64,000 nt of DNA from a virus (IMGVR_UViG_3300036820_000015:1-64000), one strand, 5' to 3'; positions 33,447 to 43,064 are shown, counted from the stretch's first letter. Notes: a model not told the origin generated them from the sequence alone. A program made the numbers and translations.

Positions 33447-33850
33447 GCATCCTCCAAGACCTCTGCATCTACTTCCTCCCGACCTACAACTCCGGCTCCC
33501 TCGACCTCGCCCTCGGCACCAACCTCTTCGCTGGCACCCTCCCCGACGAACCGGACGATTGTGTGGCCCTGCTCGAATACCCCGGGGGTCCCGTCGATCA
33601 CGTCTTCGGCCAAGGCACGCCCGAGCAACACAAACCGCGCGTCCAAGTCGTTGTCCGCAATACCGACTACCTCACCGGCCGCGACCAGATCGATGCCGTA
33701 ACCACCGCCCTGGAGTCCATCGTCAACCAGACCATCAACTCCGTCCTCTACCTCCGTGTCGAACAACAGCAGGACCCCTTCGCCCTTCACCGCGACCCGG
33801 CCCGGCGTTTCTTCTTCGCCTGCAACTTCGAGTGCAACCGCGTCCAGTGA
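33443..33850 (+). CDS. Tail terminator
   Basis: LF.GTLPDEPD..VALLEYPG...PRVQVVVR...R..F..NF. Confidence 0.8.
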   Translation: MSILQDLCIYFLPTYNSGSLDLALGTNLFAGTLPDEPDDCVALLEYPGGPVDHVFGQGTPEQHKPRVQVVVRNTDYLTGRDQIDAVTTALESIVNQTINSVLYLRVEQQQDPFALHRDPARRFFFACNFECNRVQ

Positions 33851-33876
33851 ACCAGTGAGAGAGAACGGGGGGGACC

Positions 33877-34119
33877 ATGGACCATGTACGGATCGTGGTG
33901 ACGCTAGGGGACCTGTCGGCCAAGGTCTGGAGCGCTCACCCCATGGCTGACGACGCCACGCCGATCTGCTCCGCCTTCTCGCGCGAGGGCCTGGCCACTC
34001 AACTCCGCGACCTCTACCCGGCCGGGTACACGGCTCACTACCACCCCTCCACTCCGCCCCGGACTCCTCCCCCGCGTCCCCCCCAACGCGACCCGGGCCA
34101 CCCGACTCGGACCTGGTGA
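33877..34119 (+). CDS. Hypothetical protein
   Basis: G-rich RBS, coupled downstream. Confidence 0.45.
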   Translation: MDHVRIVVTLGDLSAKVWSAHPMADDATPICSAFSREGLATQLRDLYPAGYTAHYHPSTPPRTPPPRPPQRDPGHPTRTW

Positions 34120-34430
34120 TGATCGACTCCCTGCTCGTCTCCATCAGCGAGTCCCTCGAAGCCGCCCAGAGCGCTCTCGAAGCCGATCAACCGGACATCG
34201 CCCTCCCGGCCGTCCGTTCCGCCCGTGCGGCCCTCAGGGCGGCTGTCACCGGCATCCTGGGGCCGGAATCGCTCGACCCGGACGACCAGCTGGACGGGGA
34301 ACCCCGGGGGGCCACGCTCGATCCTGAGACCTGTGGGCACCCGGAGACCTTCGACCCTCCGGCCGACCGGCTCTGTCGGACCTGTGGCAGCACCAAACTC
34401 CCTGACGGGACATGGCAGGTACTGGGATGA
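34116..34430 (+). CDS. Hypothetical protein with Zn motif
   Basis: CGHP...CRTCG. Confidence 0.55.
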   Translation: MMIDSLLVSISESLEAAQSALEADQPDIALPAVRSARAALRAAVTGILGPESLDPDDQLDGEPRGATLDPETCGHPETFDPPADRLCRTCGSTKLPDGTWQVLG

Positions 34431-34732
34431 CATCAGCAGCCTCCTCCACTCCAGCAGCTGCTGCAATCGCCGCCGGGTTCGTCTCCGATCGGGCCACCCC
34501 CATCGACCCCACCTTCCACCCGGTCACCGAGGGCCACCCCGTCGAGACCCATCACCAGCTGGCCAAGAAGACGGTCACCGATGCCGATATCCGCTGCACG
34601 GGCCAGGTGGCCATCCAGCGGACCCAGACGACCAAGGTGTGCGGGAAGCTGCTGGCTATCAAAGCGGGACGGCCGTGGGCCATCCAATGCCCGCGTTGCC
34701 ATACCGTCAACACCTCGCCGCCGATCCCCTGA
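34427..34732 (+). CDS. Mu Com-like Zn-ribbon regulator
   Basis: IRC...CGKLLA...IQCPRCHTVN. Confidence 0.7.
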   Translation: MTSAASSTPAAAAIAAGFVSDRATPIDPTFHPVTEGHPVETHHQLAKKTVTDADIRCTGQVAIQRTQTTKVCGKLLAIKAGRPWAIQCPRCHTVNTSPPIP

Positions 34733-34748
34733 CTCCGCGCTCCGCGCG

Positions 34749-34784
34749 TAGGACCCCCACTCCGCGCGCGCGCGGTAGGACGAT
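34749..34784 (+). promoter_or_regulatory. Phage promoter motif
   Basis: TAGGACCCCCACT with GACC at 34752, GACGAT at +27, ATG at +42. Confidence 0.75.
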
Positions 34785-34793
34785 GGGGACACC

Positions 34794-35261
34794 ATGGCCG
34801 CCAAGTTCGTCGTCACCACTGCTCCTGCCGCACTGACGACAGCGGCTACCAAATCCCTTTGGCTCCTCGATCCGGTCACCAACAAGATCACCATCTTCGA
34901 GATGGATGTCTCGATGGACGCAGTCACCCCCCTCCAGGCCGTGCGTTTCGATCTCTACCGAGCCACCTCCCTCGGTACGCCAGCGGGTACGTCAACCACT
35001 CCTGCGCTCATCGATCCCGGTGACGACCAAGCTTCCACCACCACCACCCTCACCAACCTGACCACCGAGCCGACGACAGCTACTGTCCTGTGTTCCTGGT
35101 ACGTCCAGCCCTGTGGGGGCCTTCTGCCTCTCCAGCTACCACTCGGACGCGAGGTGACCGTTCCGGCTGGAGCGACAACGACGGGGCGTATTGGCTTGCG
35201 GTATACGACGGTTACAGGGGTAACGCCCAACTGTGTAGCCAATGTCTGGTTCGATGAGTGA
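34794..35261 (+). CDS. Virion structural protein
   Basis: Thr-rich beta protein ending WFDE. Confidence 0.65.
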   Translation: MAAKFVVTTAPAALTTAATKSLWLLDPVTNKITIFEMDVSMDAVTPLQAVRFDLYRATSLGTPAGTSTTPALIDPGDDQASTTTTLTNLTTEPTTATVLCSWYVQPCGGLLPLQLPLGREVTVPAGATTTGRIGLRYTTVTGVTPNCVANVWFDE

Positions 35262-35275
35262 GTGGTCAGTGAACC

Positions 35276-36112
35276 ATGGCGATCGCTCTAGCCGGTAGCG
35301 CTGAAGGGACGGCCACCGGGTCCGGGCTGACCCTGATCCCCGCCTCCCCGTTGTCGATCATTGGACAGAACCCCGGCCCAGGTCAGCTGATGGTTGTCGG
35401 AGCGAGGACAGCGGGTAACTCTCCGGCTCCGACAGCGGTCTGCTACAGCGCTTCCTACTCTTCCACTAGTCCGGACTTCACCTACATCGGGCAAGAGAAC
35501 AACACGGGAACGACGTATATCAGCCTCTTCTGGAAAGTGGCTACGGGCTCAGAAAGCTCCGTCCAGGTTTCCTACAACAACAGCGGGCAAGGGACGGGGC
35601 AGAACGCATCGGTCATCGGATTCCTCGGATTCAATGGCTTCGTAGGGTCACCGACGCTGGACTCCTTCGCCGTAGCGAATGTGTCTGGCAGTACGGCCGT
35701 CGAGACGGGTGCCCTGCCGGTCGCTGTCAATCCTGAACTCTGGGTCGGTTTCGCTGCCCTAAGCAACACCTATTCAGGGTCTCCCACCTTCAAGGTATCT
35801 GGCGTCCTGTCGGGGACTATCGTCACAGCGGCAGGAACGACCCAGATGCTGGCTGGGTATTACCTCAACTCGACCACGCCTGCCGGTGGAACCACCATTT
35901 CTAACTTCACCTGGGGGACATCCCGCAACACCGGAATGGTGGTGGCGACCTTCTACGACCCCGCCAGCATCGTGATGCCGTCCCCTCCCATCCGTCCCCC
36001 CACCGCCGTCATGCGTGCCTCCAACTGGCTCATCGATAAGCAACCCTGGAAGCGCTCGCGCGATGGACTCATCCTTCCTGGCTTCGCTGACAAACAACTG
36101 GTGCTCGCATGA
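35276..36112 (+). CDS. Fibre/adhesin-like protein
   Basis: Gly/Ser/Thr beta domain (LFWKVATGSE); C-terminal AVMRASNW. Confidence 0.65.
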   Translation: MAIALAGSAEGTATGSGLTLIPASPLSIIGQNPGPGQLMVVGARTAGNSPAPTAVCYSASYSSTSPDFTYIGQENNTGTTYISLFWKVATGSESSVQVSYNNSGQGTGQNASVIGFLGFNGFVGSPTLDSFAVANVSGSTAVETGALPVAVNPELWVGFAALSNTYSGSPTFKVSGVLSGTIVTAAGTTQMLAGYYLNSTTPAGGTTISNFTWGTSRNTGMVVATFYDPASIVMPSPPIRPPTAVMRASNWLIDKQPWKRSRDGLILPGFADKQLVLA

Positions 36113-36750
36113 GTGTCCCCATCCTCGGGCAGTCCTTCCTCCACGCAGCGCAGGCGGACGTCTCCCAATGGGCCACTGTCGGCCAGTTCAAGGCTGCCCT
36201 CTTCACTGGCCCTACTCCCCCAGACCCGACCGCCCTGGCTTTCACCTCTCTCACCGGGGAACTCCCAACCGACTATGGCTACACCCGTGGTGGACAAGAC
36301 GTCTCCTCCTTCTCTCCTTCCATTGTCGAGTACAGCGCTCTCGGCAGCTGGCCGCTCGGTTGGGCTTCCGGTGCCACCTATGGCCTCGGTGCCATTGTCA
36401 CCACCACTGTCTCCGGTGCTTCTCAGTGCCTCTTTCAGTGTTGCACTCCAGGCACTGCTTCCGGTTCCTCTCCCAGCCAAGCCAATGTCGGGCAACTCGA
36501 TACCTCTTCCGTCGGGGCCCAGTTCATCAACGTCGGTAGCTCGATCATTGTGCTGCAGTCCAGTCCCATCTACTGGCTAGCTTCGGTCAGTGACATCGCC
36601 AATGCCTGGTTCATGGTCCTCTACGACGTCATCAATAACATCAATCTCGTTTCCTTCGATATGGGTGCGGCTCAGAATGCTGGACCCGGCAACCGGATCA
36701 CCAATAACCCGGACTCGAACTACGGGTGGTACTGGGCTCTCCCGAGGTAG
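36109..36750 (+). CDS. Fibre-associated structural protein
   Basis: FKAALFT...EL...GYTRGGQ with an inserted WAS...Y..G..V carbohydrate-binding-like module. Confidence 0.6.
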   Translation: MSVPILGQSFLHAAQADVSQWATVGQFKAALFTGPTPPDPTALAFTSLTGELPTDYGYTRGGQDVSSFSPSIVEYSALGSWPLGWASGATYGLGAIVTTTVSGASQCLFQCCTPGTASGSSPSQANVGQLDTSSVGAQFINVGSSIIVLQSSPIYWLASVSDIANAWFMVLYDVINNINLVSFDMGAAQNAGPGNRITNNPDSNYGWYWALPR

Positions 36751-36756
36751 ACGACG

Positions 36757-39700
36757 ATGCCTGCCGGTACCGATCTCGTCGGGAAGTTCAACTCGGGTGA
36801 TGCCTTCACGCCTGGTTCCACCGGGGGCACCTTCACTGTCACGCCAGCCTTTGCGATAGACGACCTCCTCATCTTCACGATTGCCACCTTCGTCAATCCG
36901 ACTATCGCCGCCCCCTTCACCATTACTGATAACGGCAGCGCCAACTGGCAAGTCCTGACTCCGCCGGTCACCAACTCAGGCATCCGCACTCTTGTCCAGT
37001 GGTATAAGTTCGCTACCGCTGCTGATCTCGCTACCGGGAGCCTCACGACCGTCACTCTCACCTGGGGCGGCTCCGGCGGTGGTAACGGCTGGTGGATAAT
37101 GGACGACTTCACCAACTCGTCCAACGTCCCATTGATCGACTCCAACTGGGTGCCCAACTCGACCACGATGTGGACCTCGACCGCTCAGGTGAGTGCCACT
37201 GGTTCTATCCCGACCGTCCCCGGCAACCCGCACGGTAGTGGCCAATCCCCTGTGGGCACCGGGCTTTCCCAGCAGGCTTACGAACTCATCTACATCGTCT
37301 GGTTCAACCAGAAGGGAGCCAAGGGTAACCCGAACTTCGTCTCTAACTCCCCGAGCATCACCACGCCGACTCAGTTCAACACGATCAATGGAGGCAACCC
37401 CTCCAACCTCATTTCTGCTTACGCCACCTCAGACGGCACCGCTCCCTTCTCCACTCTCGACAACGTCTTCGCTCAGTGGACTCAACTTCCCTCTCAGCCA
37501 AGCCCGGCCATCATGGTGGTCAGCTCCTTCTACGACCCAGGCATCGCTGATCTCTCGGTAGCGCCACAGGGCTCTGTCACGATCACTCATGTGGCCGTGG
37601 CTTCAGACGTAGCCACACTGACCTCTGCTCTCTCTCTCCCCCCCCAGTTCGCTGTTGGGTCGACCATTGTCGTCGCTGGGCTCAGCCATACAGCGCTCAA
37701 TGGAACGTGGACAATCACTAGTCTCGGCCCCACCGGCAACACGCTGACCTTCAGCGTCACGACCGGCAATGTCTCAACGACGACAGACAGCGGTACCGCT
37801 ACTGGTCCTCCCTCCAACCAGGTGACCGGAGGTGCCATCTACGGCGCCGGGCAGATGACCTTCAGCATCGGTCTCGCCCCCGCCGGACGCCTTCTTCTCC
37901 CGGGCACCTTCATCGGCCCCCAAGGTGTGGGCGCCAATGGCTCGACCGCTTACGCCTACCGCCTCTATCGCTTCGCTGGTAACTATCCGGTCCAGGGCCA
38001 AGCTCTCCCCTCTGGTTCCCCGGACTCAATCGGTGCGGTCACCACCGGAGATTCCTTCGGTTCCGACGGCGCTTACATGCTCAACGTCCCCGTAGTTGAC
38101 GACTACCTGGTGGCCGTTGTCTACAGCGGCGGCAGCGGCACCACCATCGACTGGCGGCTGTTCTCAGCGGGTTCTGTGGCCGGGCAAGGCTCACCGCAGA
38201 TCACCCTCGACGGCATCACTGGCGACATGGGCGGCCCGGACGGCAAGAGCGTCGACCTCACGACCGCCAATGCTGGAGACACCTCGGATGGGAACGCTGC
38301 CTCCATCCACCACAAGCACAAGTTAGCTGACGCCTATTTGCTTCCTGGTGAGATCCATATCGGCATGGGAGACGGGGCGGCAGCGCGTCTGCAGCTTCCG
38401 TCCACCGATGGCTGGGTGCCCACCTCGTTGCCAACCGCTACACCTGGCACGCCACCTATCGTCTGGGCGGCACCCACCTGGCTCTTCAATATCCTCCCCA
38501 AAGCCGTCTCCGCCACAACGGTCACCGGTCCTGGTGAGATCCCATTCGATGGTAGCGGCGGAGGGTTTCCCTTCAACCTCCCGTTGGCGGCTACGGCACC
38601 ACCGGGGTACTACGCCTTCCATCGCGTCCCCACCGACCTCTCCGGTAACTTCGTCGGCCTGATCCCATACCCAGGTTCGGGCGACACTATCGATGGTGCC
38701 CTGCAGTGGGGATCAGTCAACGCCGGAGATGAACTCGTTATCGCTCCATTTGCCACCGGCCCGTCCACTGGCTATTGGATGGTCGTCCGGCAGCCAGAGA
38801 CGCTCGGTTACCTCTACGCTGACATCAAGTACATGGGCCCCTATGGCTACCCGACTAACAGCGGCTTCATTCTCATGCTGGGTTCTCCAGGGCCTTATGG
38901 AGCGTCGAGTGGAGGGCCGACCGGTGGTGAGCCTTACTTCGTAGCCTCGGTTGGTTCTGGTTCAACTTGGCAGGCCATCATCGAGGTAGGCGATGGCTCT
39001 AACACTCCCTATTACCAGTTCACCGGACGCGATGTCACTCAAGTCATAAAGCCCTGCGCCGCCAACGGCTCGGGTGGTGGCACGATGACGGGGACATCAG
39101 CTGTCATCCTTGCCGTCGGTGCTCTCGGTCATCCACACAACCCGACATCGGCCTGGAGCAACCTGTGGTCATCCCCCTATCCGACCGACTTGGGCCCCAA
39201 CCAAGCCTTAGTCGGCTACAACGGGAACACTGTTCTTGGCGGTACCGGACAAGTCGGATTCCCGGCCCGTGAGTCCTTCATTGATGACCAGTATCCTGCC
39301 TCCAGTGTGACCATCAACAGTGGTGGTCAGCCGGAGACTGGCACGCAGAAGGCTTACGGTGACGGCCGTTACGCCTACCACAACATGGTGACGCCACCCT
39401 CTGGCCTCTTCGATACCTACATGTCGGTCAGCTGGAAATACAACAACAGTGGCAATCCAAAGACCTACTTCGCTCTGGCCGCTGCCTTCCCTTACTATCT
39501 CGACAACACCCGCAGCGGACTCTTCACTCCCGAAGCCTTCAACATCCAAGACCTGGTAGCTATCGGTTCCTCCGAGACGGAAGCCATCCCGGCCCAATCG
39601 ATTGTCGCTTCCGACTACAACCGTTGGGAGACACACCGCATCGGCCAGACACTCGGGACGGCCCTCGATGGCAGTGCTGGCCCCGTGCTCATCCCGGCGG

Positions 39701-39870
39701 GCTATCCCATCCGGCTGTACTGGCGGGTCTTGCAGGCATGGCCGGTTGGCAGCGGCGGCCAGTTGGGTGACGGTACCGGCTGGCAGATCGAGGACGTCTA
39801 CTACCACATGGTGACCAAGCGACTCCCGGGCGGCCCGACCGTCTACCCGGTGCCCAACGGGCTCCACTGA
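36757..39870 (+). CDS. Large fibre / receptor-binding protein (1037 aa)
   Basis: Modular Gly/Ser/Thr-rich beta domains; N-terminal domain resembles 35276..36112. Confidence 0.7.
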   Translation: MPAGTDLVGKFNSGDAFTPGSTGGTFTVTPAFAIDDLLIFTIATFVNPTIAAPFTITDNGSANWQVLTPPVTNSGIRTLVQWYKFATAADLATGSLTTVTLTWGGSGGGNGWWIMDDFTNSSNVPLIDSNWVPNSTTMWTSTAQVSATGSIPTVPGNPHGSGQSPVGTGLSQQAYELIYIVWFNQKGAKGNPNFVSNSPSITTPTQFNTINGGNPSNLISAYATSDGTAPFSTLDNVFAQWTQLPSQPSPAIMVVSSFYDPGIADLSVAPQGSVTITHVAVASDVATLTSALSLPPQFAVGSTIVVAGLSHTALNGTWTITSLGPTGNTLTFSVTTGNVSTTTDSGTATGPPSNQVTGGAIYGAGQMTFSIGLAPAGRLLLPGTFIGPQGVGANGSTAYAYRLYRFAGNYPVQGQALPSGSPDSIGAVTTGDSFGSDGAYMLNVPVVDDYLVAVVYSGGSGTTIDWRLFSAGSVAGQGSPQITLDGITGDMGGPDGKSVDLTTANAGDTSDGNAASIHHKHKLADAYLLPGEIHIGMGDGAAARLQLPSTDGWVPTSLPTATPGTPPIVWAAPTWLFNILPKAVSATTVTGPGEIPFDGSGGGFPFNLPLAATAPPGYYAFHRVPTDLSGNFVGLIPYPGSGDTIDGALQWGSVNAGDELVIAPFATGPSTGYWMVVRQPETLGYLYADIKYMGPYGYPTNSGFILMLGSPGPYGASSGGPTGGEPYFVASVGSGSTWQAIIEVGDGSNTPYYQFTGRDVTQVIKPCAANGSGGGTMTGTSAVILAVGALGHPHNPTSAWSNLWSSPYPTDLGPNQALVGYNGNTVLGGTGQVGFPARESFIDDQYPASSVTINSGGQPETGTQKAYGDGRYAYHNMVTPPSGLFDTYMSVSWKYNNSGNPKTYFALAAAFPYYLDNTRSGLFTPEAFNIQDLVAIGSSETEAIPAQSIVASDYNRWETHRIGQTLGTALDGSAGPVLIPAGYPIRLYWRVLQAWPVGSGGQLGDGTGWQIEDVYYHMVTKRLPGGPTVYPVPNGLH

Positions 39871-39872
39871 CC

Positions 39873-39908
39873 CAGGTCCCCCACTCCCCCCTCTCCTCGG
39901 CCCACCAT
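39873..39908 (+). promoter_or_regulatory. Phage promoter motif before the tail tube operon
   Basis: CAGGTCCCCCACT with GTCC at 39876, CACCAT at +27. Confidence 0.75.
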
Positions 39909-39986
39909 GGTGCCAACAAACCAAGCCCAGTAGCCATCGAGTGCTCGCGCGGCGTCAAGTGGCCCACCCAGTGCCCGAGGTGAACA

Positions 39987-40286
39987 GTGGAACATCGCGT
40001 AGCGGATCGAATCGTCAGCTTCCTCGACCTGTGGGGCAATCGCCGTACCGCCCAACCTAACCAGGTCATCTCGAATGTCCACCCCGAGGAGCTAGCCAAG
40101 CTCCAGGAGTCAGGCCAGGTCATCTCGACCCCTGACGAGGTGGACGAAGAGAATGCCCGAGAGGACGCTCGGATCGCAGCCAATGAAGCGACTGCCGGTA
40201 ACGCTCCTCCGCCTCCGCCCCCGGCCTCACTCGGTGGCAAGTCCGACAGCGATCCGTCCACTTCCTCCACCTCAGGAAAGGCCTAA
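39987..40286 (+). CDS. Hypothetical protein before major tail
   Basis: GAGGTG RBS before GTG. Confidence 0.6.
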   Translation: MEHRVADRIVSFLDLWGNRRTAQPNQVISNVHPEELAKLQESGQVISTPDEVDEENAREDARIAANEATAGNAPPPPPPASLGGKSDSDPSTSSTSGKA

Positions 40287-40291
40287 CCCCG

Positions 40292-41239
40292 ATGGCTTTC
40301 GTACACGGCAAGCACTCAGTCTTCCTCCTCCGCGACTCGACCAACGTCTGGCGTGACATGACCCCGTTCCTGAACGAGGTCACCCTGCCGACCAAGGCCG
40401 GGACCGCTGAGACCACCGTCTTCGGCCGGGGCGCCAAGACCTACATCTCGGGCCTGCTCGAAGGCCAGATGACCATGAAGGGGTTCTACGACCCCAACAC
40501 GGTGGCCGGTTCCGGCGACTCCTCCCCCTACCTCGGCTCGGACTACATCCTGGCCGGACTCCTCGGTCAGCAGCCCGCCATCGGCCTGACGGTGGTGGCC
40601 CAGGTGGCGGCCCAGTCGAACTACGGCCAGTTCATCCTCATTCCGGCCGGGTCCCTGACCGGTGCCACCTGTTCCTTCGGTGACATCGTGATGACCGACT
40701 ACAACACCTCGGACCCGGTGACCGGCGTGGTGAGCTTCACCGCCTCGTTCCAGCTGTCCGGTGCGCCGGTCACGGCCGCATCACCCACGCCTCACCTGAC
40801 CTTCGCTTCGGCCAACCAGACGGCCTACCAGGCGTCCCTCTACGGTCTGCAGATCCTGCGGGCCCCGGCGGCCAACATGTTCACCGCTGGCTGGCTGGTG
40901 GGTGGTACGGCCAACACCATCGCCACCATCCCTATCTCCTCGGGGGGAGCGGCCTCTGTCGTCACCACCACTACCGCTCACGGTCTTTCGGTCGGCCAGG
41001 TTGTCACCATCGTCATCACCACCGACTTCACCACCCCTGAAGTCCCGACCATCGCCGGTACCTGGGTGGTGCTCTCCGTGCCCTCCAGCACCTCGCTGAC
41101 ACTGGGCGCCGTCACCAACACCGGCATCGTCCCCTACGTGGTCACCACAGGTGGCACCGGGGGTAGCCAGTCCATCGCCATCACGCCCAACGCTGGCGTC
41201 ACGCCGAACTACGGGGCCCTGGTCGGCACCACGTCCTGA
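40292..41239 (+). CDS. Major tail (tube) protein with C-terminal accessory domain
   Basis: MAFVHGK...TAETTVFG..AKTYISGL...GVVSFTASFQLSG. Confidence 0.85.
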   Translation: MAFVHGKHSVFLLRDSTNVWRDMTPFLNEVTLPTKAGTAETTVFGRGAKTYISGLLEGQMTMKGFYDPNTVAGSGDSSPYLGSDYILAGLLGQQPAIGLTVVAQVAAQSNYGQFILIPAGSLTGATCSFGDIVMTDYNTSDPVTGVVSFTASFQLSGAPVTAASPTPHLTFASANQTAYQASLYGLQILRAPAANMFTAGWLVGGTANTIATIPISSGGAASVVTTTTAHGLSVGQVVTIVITTDFTTPEVPTIAGTWVVLSVPSSTSLTLGAVTNTGIVPYVVTTGGTGGSQSIAITPNAGVTPNYGALVGTTS

Positions 41240-41290
41240 CCCTAATCATCCTGGGCCCAGACCCCTGCCTAGACAGCATGGAAGGCGAGA

Positions 41291-41587
41291 GTGAGTGCCG
41301 ACGTCGTATGGGTTGCCCTCGGAGTCGGGTTTACGGCGGTCGGCGCTGGGTCTGCTAGCTACCCCGTTGTCCGTAAAGGCTTCTCCCGCCGCCGCAACGC
41401 TCAGCGATGGGAGGACCGCCTTCGTGGATGGTACGACGATCAGGGAGTTTGGCACAAGGGTACCGTTGACCGGTTCGACGATCACGTTGCCGAGGAGTGT
41501 CCCCCTGCTCACGGGCGGCCTGCCCCGATCGTGCCGGACGTGTCGAGAGCGGGGGAGAGACTGCGCGAGGTGTCCCGTGACCATTGA
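41291..41587 (+). CDS. Membrane protein (lysis cassette)
   Basis: N-terminal TM segment. Confidence 0.55.
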   Translation: MSADVVWVALGVGFTAVGAGSASYPVVRKGFSRRRNAQRWEDRLRGWYDDQGVWHKGTVDRFDDHVAEECPPAHGRPAPIVPDVSRAGERLREVSRDH

Positions 41588-42020
41588 CACAGAACGCACC
41601 ATCAAAGAGGAGAAGTCCGATACGCGGAAGTCGGTGGTTTGGACTGTCGCTATCGTGCTCGCCGTTGTGGCTATCAGCCTCCTTATTTTCAACTCCTTTG
41701 AGGCTAGATTGCAGACTGAGAACACGGCCAAGGTGGCTGCGAATACAGCCAAGGTAGCGAAGAGCACGGCCAAGGTAGCGAAGAGCACCTCGAAGACGGT
41801 GTCAGCTATTCGCTCAACACAAAAGGACACCCACACCTCAGTTTCTGATATCCAGGCGCAGACGTTGATTATCACCAATGCCATCACGGCACTGAACCGG
41901 GCGTATGCCAACATTCAACAGGGAGCCGACGCGATCGTAGCCAATCAGGCTGCTATCTGTAACGCTCTAGCCCTGGATCACGTCATTCCCAAGTGCGTGC
42001 TGCCGTCACCGACGGTATGA
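41577..42020 (+). CDS. Membrane-anchored coiled-coil protein
   Basis: TM segment, then heptad repeats ENTAKVA-ANTAKVA-KSTAKVA-KSTSKTV. Confidence 0.6.
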   Translation: MTIDTERTIKEEKSDTRKSVVWTVAIVLAVVAISLLIFNSFEARLQTENTAKVAANTAKVAKSTAKVAKSTSKTVSAIRSTQKDTHTSVSDIQAQTLIITNAITALNRAYANIQQGADAIVANQAAICNALALDHVIPKCVLPSPTV

Positions 42021-42398
42021 GTGATGACCGCCTTCTGGCACTGGCTCCTTCAGGTCACCGGCAACATGACGGCCGGTACGCGTTGGAACCTGGCTTGGGC
42101 GGGCTTCCTCTCCGCTGGCGTCATCTCCACCGGCATCTTCACCGGCACCTTCCACAAGATGCGCCAGGCCAACTGTCACAACAAGGGCTGTTGGCGGATC
42201 GGCCACCACCTGACGCCTGAGGGTTACAAGCTCTGCAAGAAGTGCGTGGCCAGGCCCGTCGATGATCTGGAGCTTCATCCCATCCACCCTCACCACCGTT
42301 TGCATCACGTGGGCTCAGCTACTACGGTGCCCGAGTCCGCAACCGGACCCGAGTCCGCGATCGGACCTGAGTCCGCAACCACAGGAGACAGCCCTTAG
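42021..42398 (+). CDS. Membrane protein with Cys/His motif
   Basis: TM segment, NCH.KGCWRIGHH...LCKKC, C-terminal GPESA repeats. Confidence 0.6.
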   Translation: MMTAFWHWLLQVTGNMTAGTRWNLAWAGFLSAGVISTGIFTGTFHKMRQANCHNKGCWRIGHHLTPEGYKLCKKCVARPVDDLELHPIHPHHRLHHVGSATTVPESATGPESAIGPESATTGDSP

Positions 42399-42500
42399 CT
42401 CACACCGCTCGTCGTGCCCTCGTACCGCACGGCTTGCACACCGAGACCACCGAAGAACGACGGCATCGAGACCTGGTGCCGCACGACCAAGGAGTCGAAG

Positions 42501-42968
42501 ATGCGAGCTTCCCGCGTCCTCTCTGTTTCGACCCTGGCACTCCTGGTGTCAGGGTTTTGTATTGTGGCCCCCCATGGCCCACTGTCGGCACAAGCACCTG
42601 GAAAACGTACCGTCCTATCCGCGAATAGCTTGCCAGGACTGTGGTCGCGAGTTGACCTTCTGGTGCTGGAAACGACCACCACGACTGTACCGAAACTCCC
42701 GCCGCCACCGTTGACGACAACTACGACATCAGCACAAGTTCCTGACGCGACTATCTACCAAGAGTGGACGCGCGTAGCCAACTGTGAAGAGGGTGGCTGG
42801 GTAGGCTACTCCGGGCCCGCTTACCCTGACTCCCTCGGCATCTCAGCCGCCAACTGGTACGCCAACGGCGGTGGCTCCGACCTCTCTCCGGCGGCCCAGA
42901 TCGCTGTAGCCCAGCGCATCGAGGGGTACTCATACGTCCCCGATCAGTATTCCTGCCACTCCTGGTAG
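42501..42968 (+). CDS. Rpf-like lytic transglycosylase with signal sequence
   Basis: WTRVANCEEGGW...LGIS..NW..NGG...QIAVAQRI; AAGGAG RBS. Confidence 0.8.
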   Translation: MRASRVLSVSTLALLVSGFCIVAPHGPLSAQAPGKRTVLSANSLPGLWSRVDLLVLETTTTTVPKLPPPPLTTTTTSAQVPDATIYQEWTRVANCEEGGWVGYSGPAYPDSLGISAANWYANGGGSDLSPAAQIAVAQRIEGYSYVPDQYSCHSW

Positions 42969-43002
42969 GTCCCCCACTAGCCCCGCGCGCGCGCGGGAGA
43001 CT
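42966..43002 (+). promoter_or_regulatory. Phage promoter motif before tail chaperone
   Basis: TAGGTCCCCCACT with GTCC at 42969, GAGACT at +28. Confidence 0.7.
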
Positions 43003-43064
43003 GGCCTCTCGAAGTAGCCCGCCGAACGGCATCCGCCACGGCCCAGTGCTCAAGGGAGAAGCCA

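Noticed and set aside
42399-42500. c-di-AMP riboswitch before the rpf-like gene
   Set aside because: Conserved ydaO elements are not present.
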